From an uncultured Spirochaetota bacterium (lineage in GTDB: Bacteria > Spirochaetota > Spirochaetia > SZUA-6 > Fen-1364), in NCBI GenBank assembly GCA_963745235.1, contig CAVUXE010000058.1, positions 1 to 64,000 of the forward strand: 64,000 bases of DNA, read 5' to 3'. The position numbers and the translations under genes were made by a program. Under the pieces are notes generated by a model. That model worked only from the letters and a program-made list of their open reading frames with translations, did no database searches and was not told the DNA's origin. Below, piece after piece: positions 1 through 10,600 of the stretch. The first letter of the stretch is position 1, and the number at the start of each line of letters is the position of its first letter.

Positions 1-3000
1 TGGACGGGAGTGCGGCTCAAGGGGTGGACTTCACAGGGTGGACGCTGACCAACCTGACGGTAAACAACTCCACGGGTGCCACGGTGACGGTGAGCACCAC
101 GGGGATCACCCTGGGGGGGAACCTTGCGCTGAGCAAGGGAACGCTGGCGATGGCAGCCCTGGGGTTGAACGTAGCGGGGAACATCACGCAAGCGGGCGGT
201 GCAGTCACGTTTACCGGAGCGGGGACTTTGACGCTGGACGGGAATGCAGCAGGGCAGACGGCGGATCTGTCGACCTCGACGCTGATCAACCTGACGGTCA
301 ATAGCGCCTACGCTACGGCTCCCCAGGTGAGCCTGGCGGGAAACCTCACGGTGTCCAACCTGTTGACCATGACGCAGGGAGTTCTTGCCTTGGGCGGCAA
401 CCTCCTGAGGCTCGGCACCAACCTTTCGCTGAGCTCGACAAATGTAACAGGAATTGCCATCGGCACAGGGACCCTGGACGGCTTGACCAACGGGAAGACC
501 ATTACCATCAGCAACGCGAACGCCTCGATTACCCAGTCCACGGGCACGCTGAGTGCGGCTTCGTTGACCGTGAGTGCTGGGGCCTACACCCTTTCCGGGG
601 CGGGGACGGTCACCCTGGGCGCGGGCGGGTTGGTCCAAATCGGAGGAACCATCACAGCCGCCAATGCAGCCATAAGCTCCAGCGGCAGCGTCGATGTGCA
701 GGCCGTGGCCACATTCATCGCAAACACGTCCACTCTAACGATGAGCGGTCCCGGAACAACCATCCATTTTGCGCAGACACCTCTGCACCAGCCCTATGAC
801 CTGACTATCAGCGCCGGGGGGGCCGGAGTAGCCATCGCGACAGAGGCTCTCACGGTTGGGAACAACCTGACGATTTCCGCCGGCGGGCTCTTTAGCACTG
901 CCAACAACAATCTCACCGTGGCAGGGAGCCTGACGGGAGCAGGGGCGCTGACAGCCGCGGCTTCAGAGGCCATCGGCGTTGGTGGCAATTGGGGCGTGAC
1001 GGGCTTCAACGCGGCAAGCAGCACGGTGAGCTTCACGGGGACAGGATCGATTCAGAGCGCCGCAACCTTCTACAACCTGACGATTGCAGCCTCGGCGAAC
1101 GTAACTCTGCAGGCCGGCATCGGGATCAACAACACGCTGAGCGTGAGCGGGACGGGGACCTTGAACGGCGGAGCAGGGTCCTTCACCATCACGATGAACG
1201 GCGCGCAGTGGAACAACGCGGGGACTTTCACTCCCGGAAACGGGACAGTCTCTTTCACCTTGCAGAACGCCGCGCAGCTTTCGATCACAGGAAACAACAG
1301 TTGGTACAACTTCAGCGTCACCGCGGCCAGCGCCGCGGGCAAGACCATCCAGTTCCAGCACCTGATGACCCAGACAATAGTTGCGGGAGGGAGCTTCACG
1401 GTGCTGGGGAGCAGCTCCTCCCTGATCACACTGACAACTGACAGTCCGAATGCAACGTCCAACACGACTCCGCCGCCGACCTTGCTGGGGCAGTGGGTCA
1501 TCACGAATAATGGGGCGCCACCGAATGTCAACAACGCGATCGTTTCGTGGAGCTATGCGACAAACCAGATCGTCCCCGGGGCAAATGCAAATGACGGGGG
1601 CAACAACTACAACTGGATTTTCTCCGTTCCCATCGTGGCCAGCTGGACTCTGGACACGCTCAACAGCGGCCGCATAAACAGAATCCGTGTCCAGGTTCTG
1701 CCAACGATACCCCTCAACAACAGCTTTGGAGGCTTTACCGCGCAGGTAAGTGGATACACCGTTACCGGCTACCAGCAAGTGGTCCCCGGCACGGACGTTT
1801 TCGATATCCTCCTGCAGCAAGGACCGCAGGAAGATACGAACGCCACGCCGACGTGGCAGGTGACCGCAAACACGAGCCTCGGGGTTGCCGGAGGCGCCCT
1901 GGTGGCGCACAACACGGCGGGGACCACGAAGCTCTACATCGCCGCAAGCGGCGCTCGGCCCGTGATCACGTACAGCCTTGCTGCTTTGGGGAGTACCCAG
2001 GCATACGTGCACTTCTCCGAGCCGGTGTATGGCGCCGACAACGGAACCACGTCTATCAGCAATACGAGCATCTCCTACTCGGGAGGGGCCATCACGGTTC
2101 AGCCCGTGGAGACAAGCGGCAGCGCGGCTCACGCCGCCATAGTCACACTGCCGACGCCGTTGGTTGTGAACGATATTCTCTTGGGCCAAAAGTCAATCAG
2201 CGCGGCAACCTTGGCCGGCACTGGCCAGATCTGGAGCAACCAGGTCTATCCAACTACGTTCGACTATCCATCAAACTTCGCTTCGGCCTCGCAGAGTCAC
2301 TATTCGGGCAACCCGGGGGCAGCGGCATATACGAATACGAACCCCGACGGGAACCTTCCTCCCAGCGTGACCGCGGTAGCCCCCTTCAGCGGCAGGGCCA
2401 TGCTCACGCCCAGCTCCGCTCCCGGTCCGACTGCGCCCGCTCACAACATCTCGGACGTCGGGATAGGATTTGTTGTCCCCGTTCTTGCTGAGGACCAGAG
2501 TACCGCTCGTAATCCGACCCTCGGCGGGGTCGGCCTGGTCACAAACTTTGACGGCTCGCAGTGGCTGCCGCCTGACAACACCTTCCTGGAAGCCAGGATA
2601 ATGCCGCCCACGCTGAGTGGGGCCACCGTGACGCTGTACTGGGACATCAACCCTCCGCCCTCGTATGACTTCAACAACCTGTGGATTCCGACGACGGCGA
2701 CAACGATCTCCGCGGGAGCCCCGGGGACCGGCGATCGGGCTCATTTCCCCGGAGATTCCCAGGCGCGCTCGGTATCATCCACGGTCAACGGGGCGCTGCG
2801 AGACTTCACGATCGCTTCCACTAACCCGGCGATCAAAGACGGGGCCCTTTTCCAGTTCATGTTCATCCTGGACGATGGGGCAGGACACAAGCTCCCGTGC
2901 GCCTTCCCCGCTGACCCCGCCAACCCGGCCAATGTCCGGCCGTTTGAGTACATGTTCCATTCCATCATCCGGCAGCGCGGCGGGGTCACCATAACGAACA

Positions 3001-3260
3001 ACGTGATCCGTCCCGACAATGGGCAAATGGCGTACCTGACCTACACGGTGAGCACCGCAGGCCAGGTGACGATCACGGTGTTCGATCTCAGCGGCAGCAT
3101 CGTGAACGTCCTGCAGCGCGGCTCACAGGGGACGGGAACCTATACGACCGCCTGGGACGGCAGGAACCGCGGCGGCCGCGCGGTGGCCAGGGGGATCTAT
3201 TTCATCCGCGTGGTCGGCCCCGGGTTCGACGAGATCCGCAAGGTGCTGGTGGTCAGGTAG
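1..3260 (+). CDS. Large secreted/surface protein, beta-helix-like Gly/Thr/Asn-rich repeats with C-terminal FlgD-Ig-like domain (5' end outside window)
   Basis: Frame is open upstream of the listed start at 24. Repeated xxNLTVN/LTI motifs. C-terminus TAWDGRNRGGRAVARGIYFIRV...RKVLVVR is typical of FlgD_ig domains. Confidence 0.8.
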   Translation, partial: DGSAAQGVDFTGWTLTNLTVNNSTGATVTVSTTGITLGGNLALSKGTLAMAALGLNVAGNITQAGGAVTFTGAGTLTLDGNAAGQTADLSTSTLINLTVNSAYATAPQVSLAGNLTVSNLLTMTQGVLALGGNLLRLGTNLSLSSTNVTGIAIGTGTLDGLTNGKTITISNANASITQSTGTLSAASLTVSAGAYTLSGAGTVTLGAGGLVQIGGTITAANAAISSSGSVDVQAVATFIANTSTLTMSGPGTTIHFAQTPLHQPYDLTISAGGAGVAIATEALTVGNNLTISAGGLFSTANNNLTVAGSLTGAGALTAAASEAIGVGGNWGVTGFNAASSTVSFTGTGSIQSAATFYNLTIAASANVTLQAGIGINNTLSVSGTGTLNGGAGSFTITMNGAQWNNAGTFTPGNGTVSFTLQNAAQLSITGNNSWYNFSVTAASAAGKTIQFQHLMTQTIVAGGSFTVLGSSSSLITLTTDSPNATSNTTPPPTLLGQWVITNNGAPPNVNNAIVSWSYATNQIVPGANANDGGNNYNWIFSVPIVASWTLDTLNSGRINRIRVQVLPTIPLNNSFGGFTAQVSGYTVTGYQQVVPGTDVFDILLQQGPQEDTNATPTWQVTANTSLGVAGGALVAHNTAGTTKLYIAASGARPVITYSLAALGSTQAYVHFSEPVYGADNGTTSISNTSISYSGGAITVQPVETSGSAAHAAIVTLPTPLVVNDILLGQKSISAATLAGTGQIWSNQVYPTTFDYPSNFASASQSHYSGNPGAAAYTNTNPDGNLPPSVTAVAPFSGRAMLTPSSAPGPTAPAHNISDVGIGFVVPVLAEDQSTARNPTLGGVGLVTNFDGSQWLPPDNTFLEARIMPPTLSGATVTLYWDINPPPSYDFNNLWIPTTATTISAGAPGTGDRAHFPGDSQARSVSSTVNGALRDFTIASTNPAIKDGALFQFMFILDDGAGHKLPCAFPADPANPANVRPFEYMFHSIIRQRGGVTITNNVIRPDNGQMAYLTYTVSTAGQVTITVFDLSGSIVNVLQRGSQGTGTYTTAWDGRNRGGRAVARGIYFIRVVGPGFDEIRKVLVVR

Positions 3261-3325
3261 CCCCGGCAGCGGCAGCCCCGCCGGCGCCTTGAACTCTGAA
3301 GGGATTCACGTCAAACTGCGGGGGA

Positions 3326-4681
3326 ATGGATCCCGGCGCGAGGAGAGGTGGGCCGCTGCGGCTGATCATCGGGCATTCCAACATGGATCTCGATTGCCTC
3401 GGTTCAGTAGCGCTGGCGCGCAAGCTTTTCCCCGGCTCCATTGGCGTTCGCAGCCGCATGATCCACCCCGTGGCGCGCAATCTCTACAACCTCTACGGGG
3501 AATACCTCGACCTCGTGAGCATCCAGGAGATCAGCAAGGAAACCGTTGAGCAGCTCGTGGTTGTCGACACCAGGTCCCTTGGCCGCATCAAGGAATATAT
3601 CGTGGAAATGGATCAGCTCCCCTCCCGGGTGGAGGTCTACGATCATCATCCCGCGGATTCATCCGATATTCCCGGCGCGGTCATCCACGAGGGCAGTGTC
3701 GGAGCCAATACGACTCTCCTCGGGATGGAAGCCATGCGGAAGGGCGTTCGCTTGACGCCGGAGGAAGCAACCATAGCCCTCACCGGCCTCTATGCGGACA
3801 CCGGCAGCTTCACCCATGAAAACGTCGCCCTGGTGGATTTCGAAGTGGCGGGCTATCTCGTTTCCCAGGGCGCCTCGATTTCCCTGGTGAAAAGCTTTCT
3901 CCAGACGCTCAAGGACGAGACGCAAATCTCCCTGTTTCACGAGATCCTCAACAGGCTGACCTATCAGACCCTGCATGGCCATCAGATCGTCACGACATAC
4001 ATGGAGATGGAGAAGCAGATCGGGGGGCTTTCCGCCGTGGTGGAGAAGGTCTTCGAGGTCGAGAACCCTGACGCGATTTTTGCAGTGTTCTATTTCCAGA
4101 AGGAACGGGACTCCCTCATCATCGCCCGCAGCCAGCAGCATCGAATCGACCTTGCCCGGATCCTTGCCACCTTCGGAGGGGGAGGACACTCCCAGGCTTC
4201 CTCCGCCCTGCTGAAGAACCAGCCGGGGAGAAAGACCTTTCACGCTCTCCAGGCGTACCTCAAGACGATGCTGGACGAGGCCGCGACGGCGCGCGGGATC
4301 ATGAGAGACAGCGTCAAGGTGGCCAAAGACTCGTGGACCCTGCGGGAGGCCTCGGAGTTCCTGGAGAAGCTGGATCGCACAGGGGCGCCCGTTGTGGACC
4401 GCGCGGGACAGCTCTGCGGGTTTGTCACGCTTCGCGATATCTCCAAGGGCCGCAGCGCGGGCCAGATGGAGGCACCCGTTCGCGCCTTCATGACGCGCAA
4501 GGTGATCAGCGCGGCGCCCTCGACGACCTTCCGGGAGCTCGAGCACATCTTCTTTTCCCACACGATATTCTCTCTTCCCATCGTCGAAGACGGGAAGGTC
4601 ACGGGCCTTGTCACCCGGGCGGACTACTTGAAAGCCCGCATGGGAGAGGAAGGCGGACCGTCCCCAGAGCTCCCCGCGTGA
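3326..4681 (+). CDS. DHH/DHHA1 phosphoesterase with C-terminal CBS pair
   Basis: GHSNMDLDCLGS, VVVDT, YDHH, ADTGSF and GGGGH motifs, followed by two CBS repeats. Confidence 0.85.
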   Translation: MDPGARRGGPLRLIIGHSNMDLDCLGSVALARKLFPGSIGVRSRMIHPVARNLYNLYGEYLDLVSIQEISKETVEQLVVVDTRSLGRIKEYIVEMDQLPSRVEVYDHHPADSSDIPGAVIHEGSVGANTTLLGMEAMRKGVRLTPEEATIALTGLYADTGSFTHENVALVDFEVAGYLVSQGASISLVKSFLQTLKDETQISLFHEILNRLTYQTLHGHQIVTTYMEMEKQIGGLSAVVEKVFEVENPDAIFAVFYFQKERDSLIIARSQQHRIDLARILATFGGGGHSQASSALLKNQPGRKTFHALQAYLKTMLDEAATARGIMRDSVKVAKDSWTLREASEFLEKLDRTGAPVVDRAGQLCGFVTLRDISKGRSAGQMEAPVRAFMTRKVISAAPSTTFRELEHIFFSHTIFSLPIVEDGKVTGLVTRADYLKARMGEEGGPSPELPA

Positions 4682-5559
4682 TACTGAGACCTCCCTCCTC
4701 CGTCCCCGAGATCGTGGCCGACCAGGCATGTCGGCTGGCCGGCGCACCCGTCTGGCACCCGGTTTCGAACCTCCTCTATTGGACAGATGCGCATTCCGCT
4801 TGCCTCTATTCTTACGATCCGGGAGCCGCACGGAGCGTCCTGTCTCCCACGGCGGAGAAAGTGCTCCAGGTGGCCGCCTGTGATGACGGCAGCCTTCTCC
4901 TTTTTACCGCGGACGGGGCGCTCAAGGCTTTGCGCGGCACGAGTATCCTGACTCTCGCGGAACGTCTGCCGTTGGGTCCCGGGGCGCAGATCGACGCGGC
5001 GGCGGCGGATCGTCAGGGCAGGCTGTATTGCGCGGTGAGATCAAAGGGCAGGAAGGGGAGCTTGTACCTTGTCCACTCAGATGGCGCAATTGAGCCGGTG
5101 CCCGGCGGAGCGGGCCGGGTGTGCGGGCTGAGCTTCGATTCAGACGGAGGCCTCCTGTACTGCTGCGACGCGGTGACGCGGGAGATCTCCTGTCTTGCCC
5201 ATGACAGCGCCACGGGCGCTCTTTCCAGCCGTGCAGTGGTTCACCGCGTGCCTGAGTCGCTGGGCGCGCCGCGGGGGATTGCGGCGGATGCCAAGGGCTT
5301 CGTGTGGGTTGCGGTCTGGGGGGGAAGCTGCATCATTCGACTTGCGCCGACCGGCAAGGAGGAGAGGCGCGTCTACTTCACGGCCAGGCTCCTCAGCGGG
5401 GTCACCTTCGGGGGGCCGGATCTCCGGGACCTCTATGTCGTTGCATCCGGCGGGGAGGACCGGAAGGCGAATGGACCGGGGGCGGGAGCGCTTTACAGGC
5501 TGCGCGCCGGCGTGAAGGGCGCGTCGACGGCCCTCGTCCCGGGGCGACTCCTCCCTTGA
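4678..5559 (+). CDS. SMP-30/gluconolactonase/LRE family protein
   Basis: GAPVW...LYWTD and DAKGFVWVAVWGG...TFGGPDLRDLYV motifs. GTG start overlaps the upstream stop (GTGA). Confidence 0.8.
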   Translation: MILRPPSSVPEIVADQACRLAGAPVWHPVSNLLYWTDAHSACLYSYDPGAARSVLSPTAEKVLQVAACDDGSLLLFTADGALKALRGTSILTLAERLPLGPGAQIDAAAADRQGRLYCAVRSKGRKGSLYLVHSDGAIEPVPGGAGRVCGLSFDSDGGLLYCCDAVTREISCLAHDSATGALSSRAVVHRVPESLGAPRGIAADAKGFVWVAVWGGSCIIRLAPTGKEERRVYFTARLLSGVTFGGPDLRDLYVVASGGEDRKANGPGAGALYRLRAGVKGASTALVPGRLLP

Positions 5560-5584
5560 CTCTGAAAGGGGCGGCCGCTATCAT
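5556..5584 (+). promoter_or_regulatory. sigma70-type promoter for the small Zn-ribbon gene
   Basis: TTGACT-17 bp-TATCAT, with GAGGAG RBS downstream before ATG 5616. Confidence 0.6.
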
Positions 5585-5615
5585 GCGGCCACTATCGTTT
5601 CTGTGAGGAGAGCCA

Positions 5616-5846
5616 ATGGCAAAGAGCCATCGTGGAAAGGGATTGCAGGGGCAGGTACGAGGCGGTCGCGGCCTTTGCCCGCTGTGCAAGAGGACGGCGG
5701 TGAAAGTCGTCTATGAGGCGCAGGTGAAGGACAAGACCATCAAAGTGTGCAAGACGTGCAAGGCCGCGCTCAGCCACGGCAAGTACCAGCAGGAGGCAGA
5801 GGCCCTGGTTTCAGCCGCCCCGGCAGCGGCTCCCGCGTCGACGTAA
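5616..5846 (+). CDS. Small basic zinc-ribbon protein (CPLC...CKTC), function unknown
   Basis: 76 aa, strong RBS, own promoter, two CxxC pairs, Lys/Arg-rich. Confidence 0.75.
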   Translation: MAKSHRGKGLQGQVRGGRGLCPLCKRTAVKVVYEAQVKDKTIKVCKTCKAALSHGKYQQEAEALVSAAPAAAPAST

Positions 5847-5962
5847 TCCCCTTCACTGACATACCCAGATCCTCTTCCCGTCCTGACCACGTCACCAAAG
5901 CTCGCGGGCGGGTTTCCCTATCCTGCCTGCTCTGATAGACTTCACTCCAGGAGACATGGGGA

Positions 5963-6379
5963 ATGCCTGAGCCGGTGTTTGTCGCCCTTCTCATTGCGGA
6001 CAGGGTCGTCACGGAGGACAACCAGAAAAAGGGGATCATCGGGACCTTCACGCAGTTCACCGTCCGCCAGGTCCCTGCCGCTCTGCCGCCGTGGTACATC
6101 TACGCCGCGGTGACGAACATTGCCGGCGAGCACGTCTTTTCCCTCAACCTTCTCTTTGACCGCAGTCAGCAGGTGATCTTTTCCGCCGGCGGGAAAGTGT
6201 CCGTGGATGATCCGCGCAGGGTGGTGGAGCTGGTCATCCAGGTGCCCAATGTCGTATTCCCGGAAGAGGGCACGTACAACGTTTCCTTCCATATAGATGC
6301 GGACCTCATCGCAACCCGGATCCTGGACGTCGTGAAAGCTCCCGAGCAGCGGCCCGTCATCCCTGGTCACCCCGGATAA
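5963..6379 (+). CDS. Conserved hypothetical protein (DUF6941-like beta-sandwich)
   Basis: [11 protein letters not shown]...KKGIIGTF N-terminus and FPEEGTY motif. AGGAG RBS upstream. Confidence 0.65.
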   Translation: MPEPVFVALLIADRVVTEDNQKKGIIGTFTQFTVRQVPAALPPWYIYAAVTNIAGEHVFSLNLLFDRSQQVIFSAGGKVSVDDPRRVVELVIQVPNVVFPEEGTYNVSFHIDADLIATRILDVVKAPEQRPVIPGHPG

Positions 6380-7684
6380 CAGGCATCCTTGAACCTGCAG
6401 CTCCTGGCGCAGTGGCGGCGCCGGCGTTCCAGCTGCGCCGGGTAGGATTCCAGGTCGATGCGGACCCGGGCCACCCCGGATTCCATGGCTGCCTTTGCAA
6501 CCGCGGGGGCCTCCCAGAAAAGCAGGCGCGTGTCGAGCGGCGTCGGGATCAGGTAGTCCTCACCGAAGGCCAGGGAGGACTTTCCGTAGGCCTCCAGCAC
6601 GCACTCCGGCACTCCCTCATGGGCAAGTGCCGCAAGGGACCGCGCGGCGGCCAGCTTCATCTGTTCGTTGATGGCCCGCGCGCGAACGTCCAGCGCCCCC
6701 CGAAAGATGAAGGGGAACCCGAGCAGGTTGTTGATCTGGTTGGGGTAGTCGCTGCGCCCCGTGCCAACGATCACGTCCCGGCGCGTTTCCCGGGCCAGCT
6801 CGTAGCGGATCTCCGGGTCAGGGTTTGCGCAGGCAAACACCACCGGTCGCTCTGCCATGGAGAGGAGCATGGCCGGGCAGAAGAACGTCCTTGCCTGACA
6901 GTCCCAGGAAAACGTCGGCGCCCCGCACGGCGTCCGCGAGCGTCCGTTCGTCCGTTGCCGCCGCGAAACGCTCCTTGTACGGGTTCATGTTCTCCTGTCG
7001 TCCCGCGTACACCACTCCCTTGGTGTCCACCAGCCGGATGTTTTTCCGCTCGGCGCCCATGGTGACGTAGAACTCCGCGCAGGCGATGGCCGCCGCGCCG
7101 GCGCCGCTGACCACCACCTTGATGTCGCCGATCTTCTTCCCGCTGATCTCCAGGGCGTTCAGGAGCGCGGCGCCGGTGATGATGGCCGTGCCGTGCTGGT
7201 CGTCGTGGAAAACCGGGATGTCGAGGGCTTCCTTGAGCCGCCGCTCCACTTCGAAGCACTCCGGCGCCTTGATGTCCTCCAGGTTGATGCCGCCGAAGGT
7301 CGGCGCCAGCGCCGTGACCGCGCCCACCATCTGGTCCGCCGTCGGGGCGTCCAGCTCGATGTCGAACACGTCGATATCGGCAAACCTCTTGAAGAGGATT
7401 CCCTTGCCTTCCATGACCGGCTTGGCGGCAAGAGGCCCCCGGTTGCCCAGCCCGAGGATGGCGGTGCCGTTGGTGATCACCGCGACGAGGTTGCCCCGCG
7501 CCGTGTACTCGAATGCCGCCTCCGGCGCGCGCTCGATCTCCTCCACCACGGCGGCCACCCCTGGTGTATAGGCAAGGGAGAGGTCGCGCTGGGTGTCCAG
7601 CTTCTTGGTCGGCACCACCTCGATCTTGCCGGGTCGGCCGGCCCTGTGATACTCGAAGACGTCCTGGGGGGTGATTGCTGCCAT
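6367..7684 (-). CDS. NADP-dependent malic enzyme (MaeB-type ME module only), frameshifted near 6875
   Basis: [33 protein letters not shown] and [12 protein letters not shown] motifs, split between ORFs 6818-7684 and 6367-6870. Confidence 0.85.
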
Positions 7685-7687
7685 CGC

Positions 7688-10600
7688 CTATTTCCCGATG
7701 GTGTACACGGCGCCGCCTGTCCGCCCGAAGACCTCGGGCTGGTACATCAGCTCCGCCTGCACGGGCGGGGTGGGGAAGACGCCCGGGGTGGTCGTTCGGA
7801 ACAGGAAGCTCACCTCGTGCTTGCCCCGATCGAGCTGGTCGAAGAAGAACCGCACCTCGCTGTCGTAGATTCGCGTCGTGTAGTCCGGTGCCGACACCTC
7901 CTCGTCTCCGGTGTCCCCGTTGTCCGAGTCCGCTGAGGCCTGCTGGGACGGCCGGCGGCTTCACGATCTGCGAGGTCACCAGGGACCCGTCGATCGGCTC
8001 CGCTCCCGAAGGGATGGGCGCGCGCAGCGCCACGAACGTCCTGTCCCGGGAGGAGTAGAAGACGACTTCATCGTGTAGACCTGGCCCAGCGCCAGCTCCG
8101 TCCCGTCCACCGTGTCGCCCTTCTGGTCCAGGATCTCCGCGGCAATCCCGATCCCTTCGTCCCTCGGGTCCACGTCTCCGGCCGCGATGGAGTAGCGAAG
8201 CTCCGCCGTGTAGTACAGCGTGCCCGTCCCATCCAGGGCGAAGGTAAGCGGCAGCAGCGTGCCCCCGGCAGCATGGTCTCCCTGCCCGGGCAGATGCGAT
8301 GCCCGTCAGGTCCGCGGCTGGAACCTGCTTCCTGAACGGGGCCTTCGAAAGCCCTTTGAAGCTGCTGCGGGCGACCTCGGAGTCGCCCAGCTTCACCTGC
8401 GCCGTGAAGCTCGCCTCCGCCTCCTTGTTCTGGGCAGATCAGTTGCGCGAAAGCCTGGAGCACCCAGCCCGCGTTGCTCGTGTTGCCCCAGTAGCCGCTT
8501 GCGTTCGCCGTCAGCAGGTCGTTGGCAAGACCCAGGACGAGCTGCGAATCCGGCTGGAGCCGCGCATACAGCATGAGGAGGAGCGCCTTGGCCTGGATGT
8601 TGCCGCCGTACCAGAACCAGTCGTTCACCGTTCCGACAAGGGTGACCGTACGCGTGCCCACCCGCACGAAGTTCTTCATCCGGGTCAGGATCTTCGCGGC
8701 AGCTCTCCGGTCTCCCATCCCGTCGTATGCAAGGCCCAGGAAGCCATATCCGAAGATGCCGATCTCATCCCCTCTGGCCGCAAGGGCATCCGCCTTGTCC
8801 TTCTCCATTCTGCCGAAGAGGGAGAATACGTACACGGCATACGACTGCAGGTAGCTGTCGTCGTTGAGCTTTTCCCACCCCTTGGAGAGGTAGTCGAGGA
8901 GCGCGTCGGTATCCAGCTTCTCGGGGATGTCGAATCCCCGGTCCTGGGCCACCGCAAGGAGGTGCGCGACGCGAAGGGACACGTAATAGCTCGAGCGCCG
9001 CGGAGCGGGATCATCCCAGTAGGAAAACCCGCCGTCCGGATTCGCGAAGCGCTCCAGCGTCGTGAGGTCCGCCTTTGCGTCTCCGGCGAGCTGCGGGAAA
9101 AGGATGCGGGCGAACATCTTGCTCGTCACCTGCTCCAGGCAGTCGAAGGGGTAGATTTCGAGGAATCGCACCGCTCCCGCAAGGTTGGATGCGATTGTGG
9201 AGTCCAGGGTCAAGAACAGTCCCTCGTCCGGCACGCCAAGGAAGGTTGGCGGTACCACCACCGCTTCCCGCGAAGCGCTGGTCGTCTTTCCAATCACCGT
9301 GAAGGTCTCGCTTACATGCTCGGAAGCGACCCCGAGGGAGTCCTCCAGTCTTTCTCTCAGGATGTCCGAATCCACGTCGAAGAGCAGGCGGGCGGAACCC
9401 TCTTTCGGAGCCTGGAGGTCGAATGCGACTTCCGCGGTCGCACCCGCGCCGAGCTGGACTGTCTTCTTCGCGGCGCCTTTGAGCGCAAGAGGCTCGCCTG
9501 CAGTGAGTGACACGGTGACCGCGTGGGGCTTTGCGTCCAGGTTCGTGAGGACGACGCCTGCCGTTGCCGAGTCACCGACCCTCATTCGCCGCGGGAGCGC
9601 GGTCCGCACGTTGATGGGGTTCTGCACAAGGATCTCGCTCTCTCCCATGCCGAAAAGCTCATCCTTCGAGGCAACCGCGGTCGCCCGAAATCGCGTCAGC
9701 GAGTCCGGCAGGGTGAAGGTCACCGTGACGGTGCCGTCCTTGCCGGTCTTGAGACCCGTTCGAAAAACAGCGGTGGGATTGAAGTTCTTCCTGACGTTGA
9801 CGCCAGCCCCCGCTTCCGGGGCGGCCTCGCCTTTCTCATCTCCACCGGGGAGGTCCCGTGCTTTCCACGTCACGGGGTCCAGGAGCAGGTCACGGGACTC
9901 ATAGTGGGCGACCTTGTCAGGGAAATTGCCCTGGTTGTAGAAGAAGTCCAGCGGGCTGGGCAGGTGGTAGTCGATCAGATCAAGCACCCCTCTATCCGCA
10001 GCAACCAGGGCTACCTCCGCTCCAGCAAGCGGCTTTCCTTTCAACGTGGCCTTCACGGTGAGCGACGCCTGCGTGCCGGGGAGGTAGCTTTGACGGGAGC
10101 TGGTTATGTCCACGTGAATGCTTCGAGAATCGACCCGGACGGGAACTTCCAGGAGCCCCGAGTATCCTCGCGGCTTCCCGAAATCCGGCGAATCCGGTCC
10201 GTCCGCCGGCGGCTTGGTCCGCGGGGTGCCCGTGGACACGAAAACATAGAAGGTCGGGACATAGCCTTCCTTCACGGGGATATCGATGGTCGGCGCGCTC
10301 CCTTCGAGGGTCACGGCCTTTTGCTCGATGATCCCCTCCCTTTCAACGGTCACAAGGAAGTTCCCCCTGGCCACCGGGCTCTTGATCAGAAGACGGGCCG
10401 TGTCCCCCGGGGCGTAGCTCTTCTTGTCAGGAACGATCTCGATCTGCCGTTCATCCGCGCTGTTCCAGCGGATGAAGTCAGCCCCTGTAGAATAGAAGGA
10501 AACGCGCGTAAAGCTTTCCCTGCCCTGGGAGTCCTTGCCGGAGAGCTCGATTGCATATGAGCCCGCCTTTTGCGTTGCAAGCTGGACGCTCCCAAAAGGC

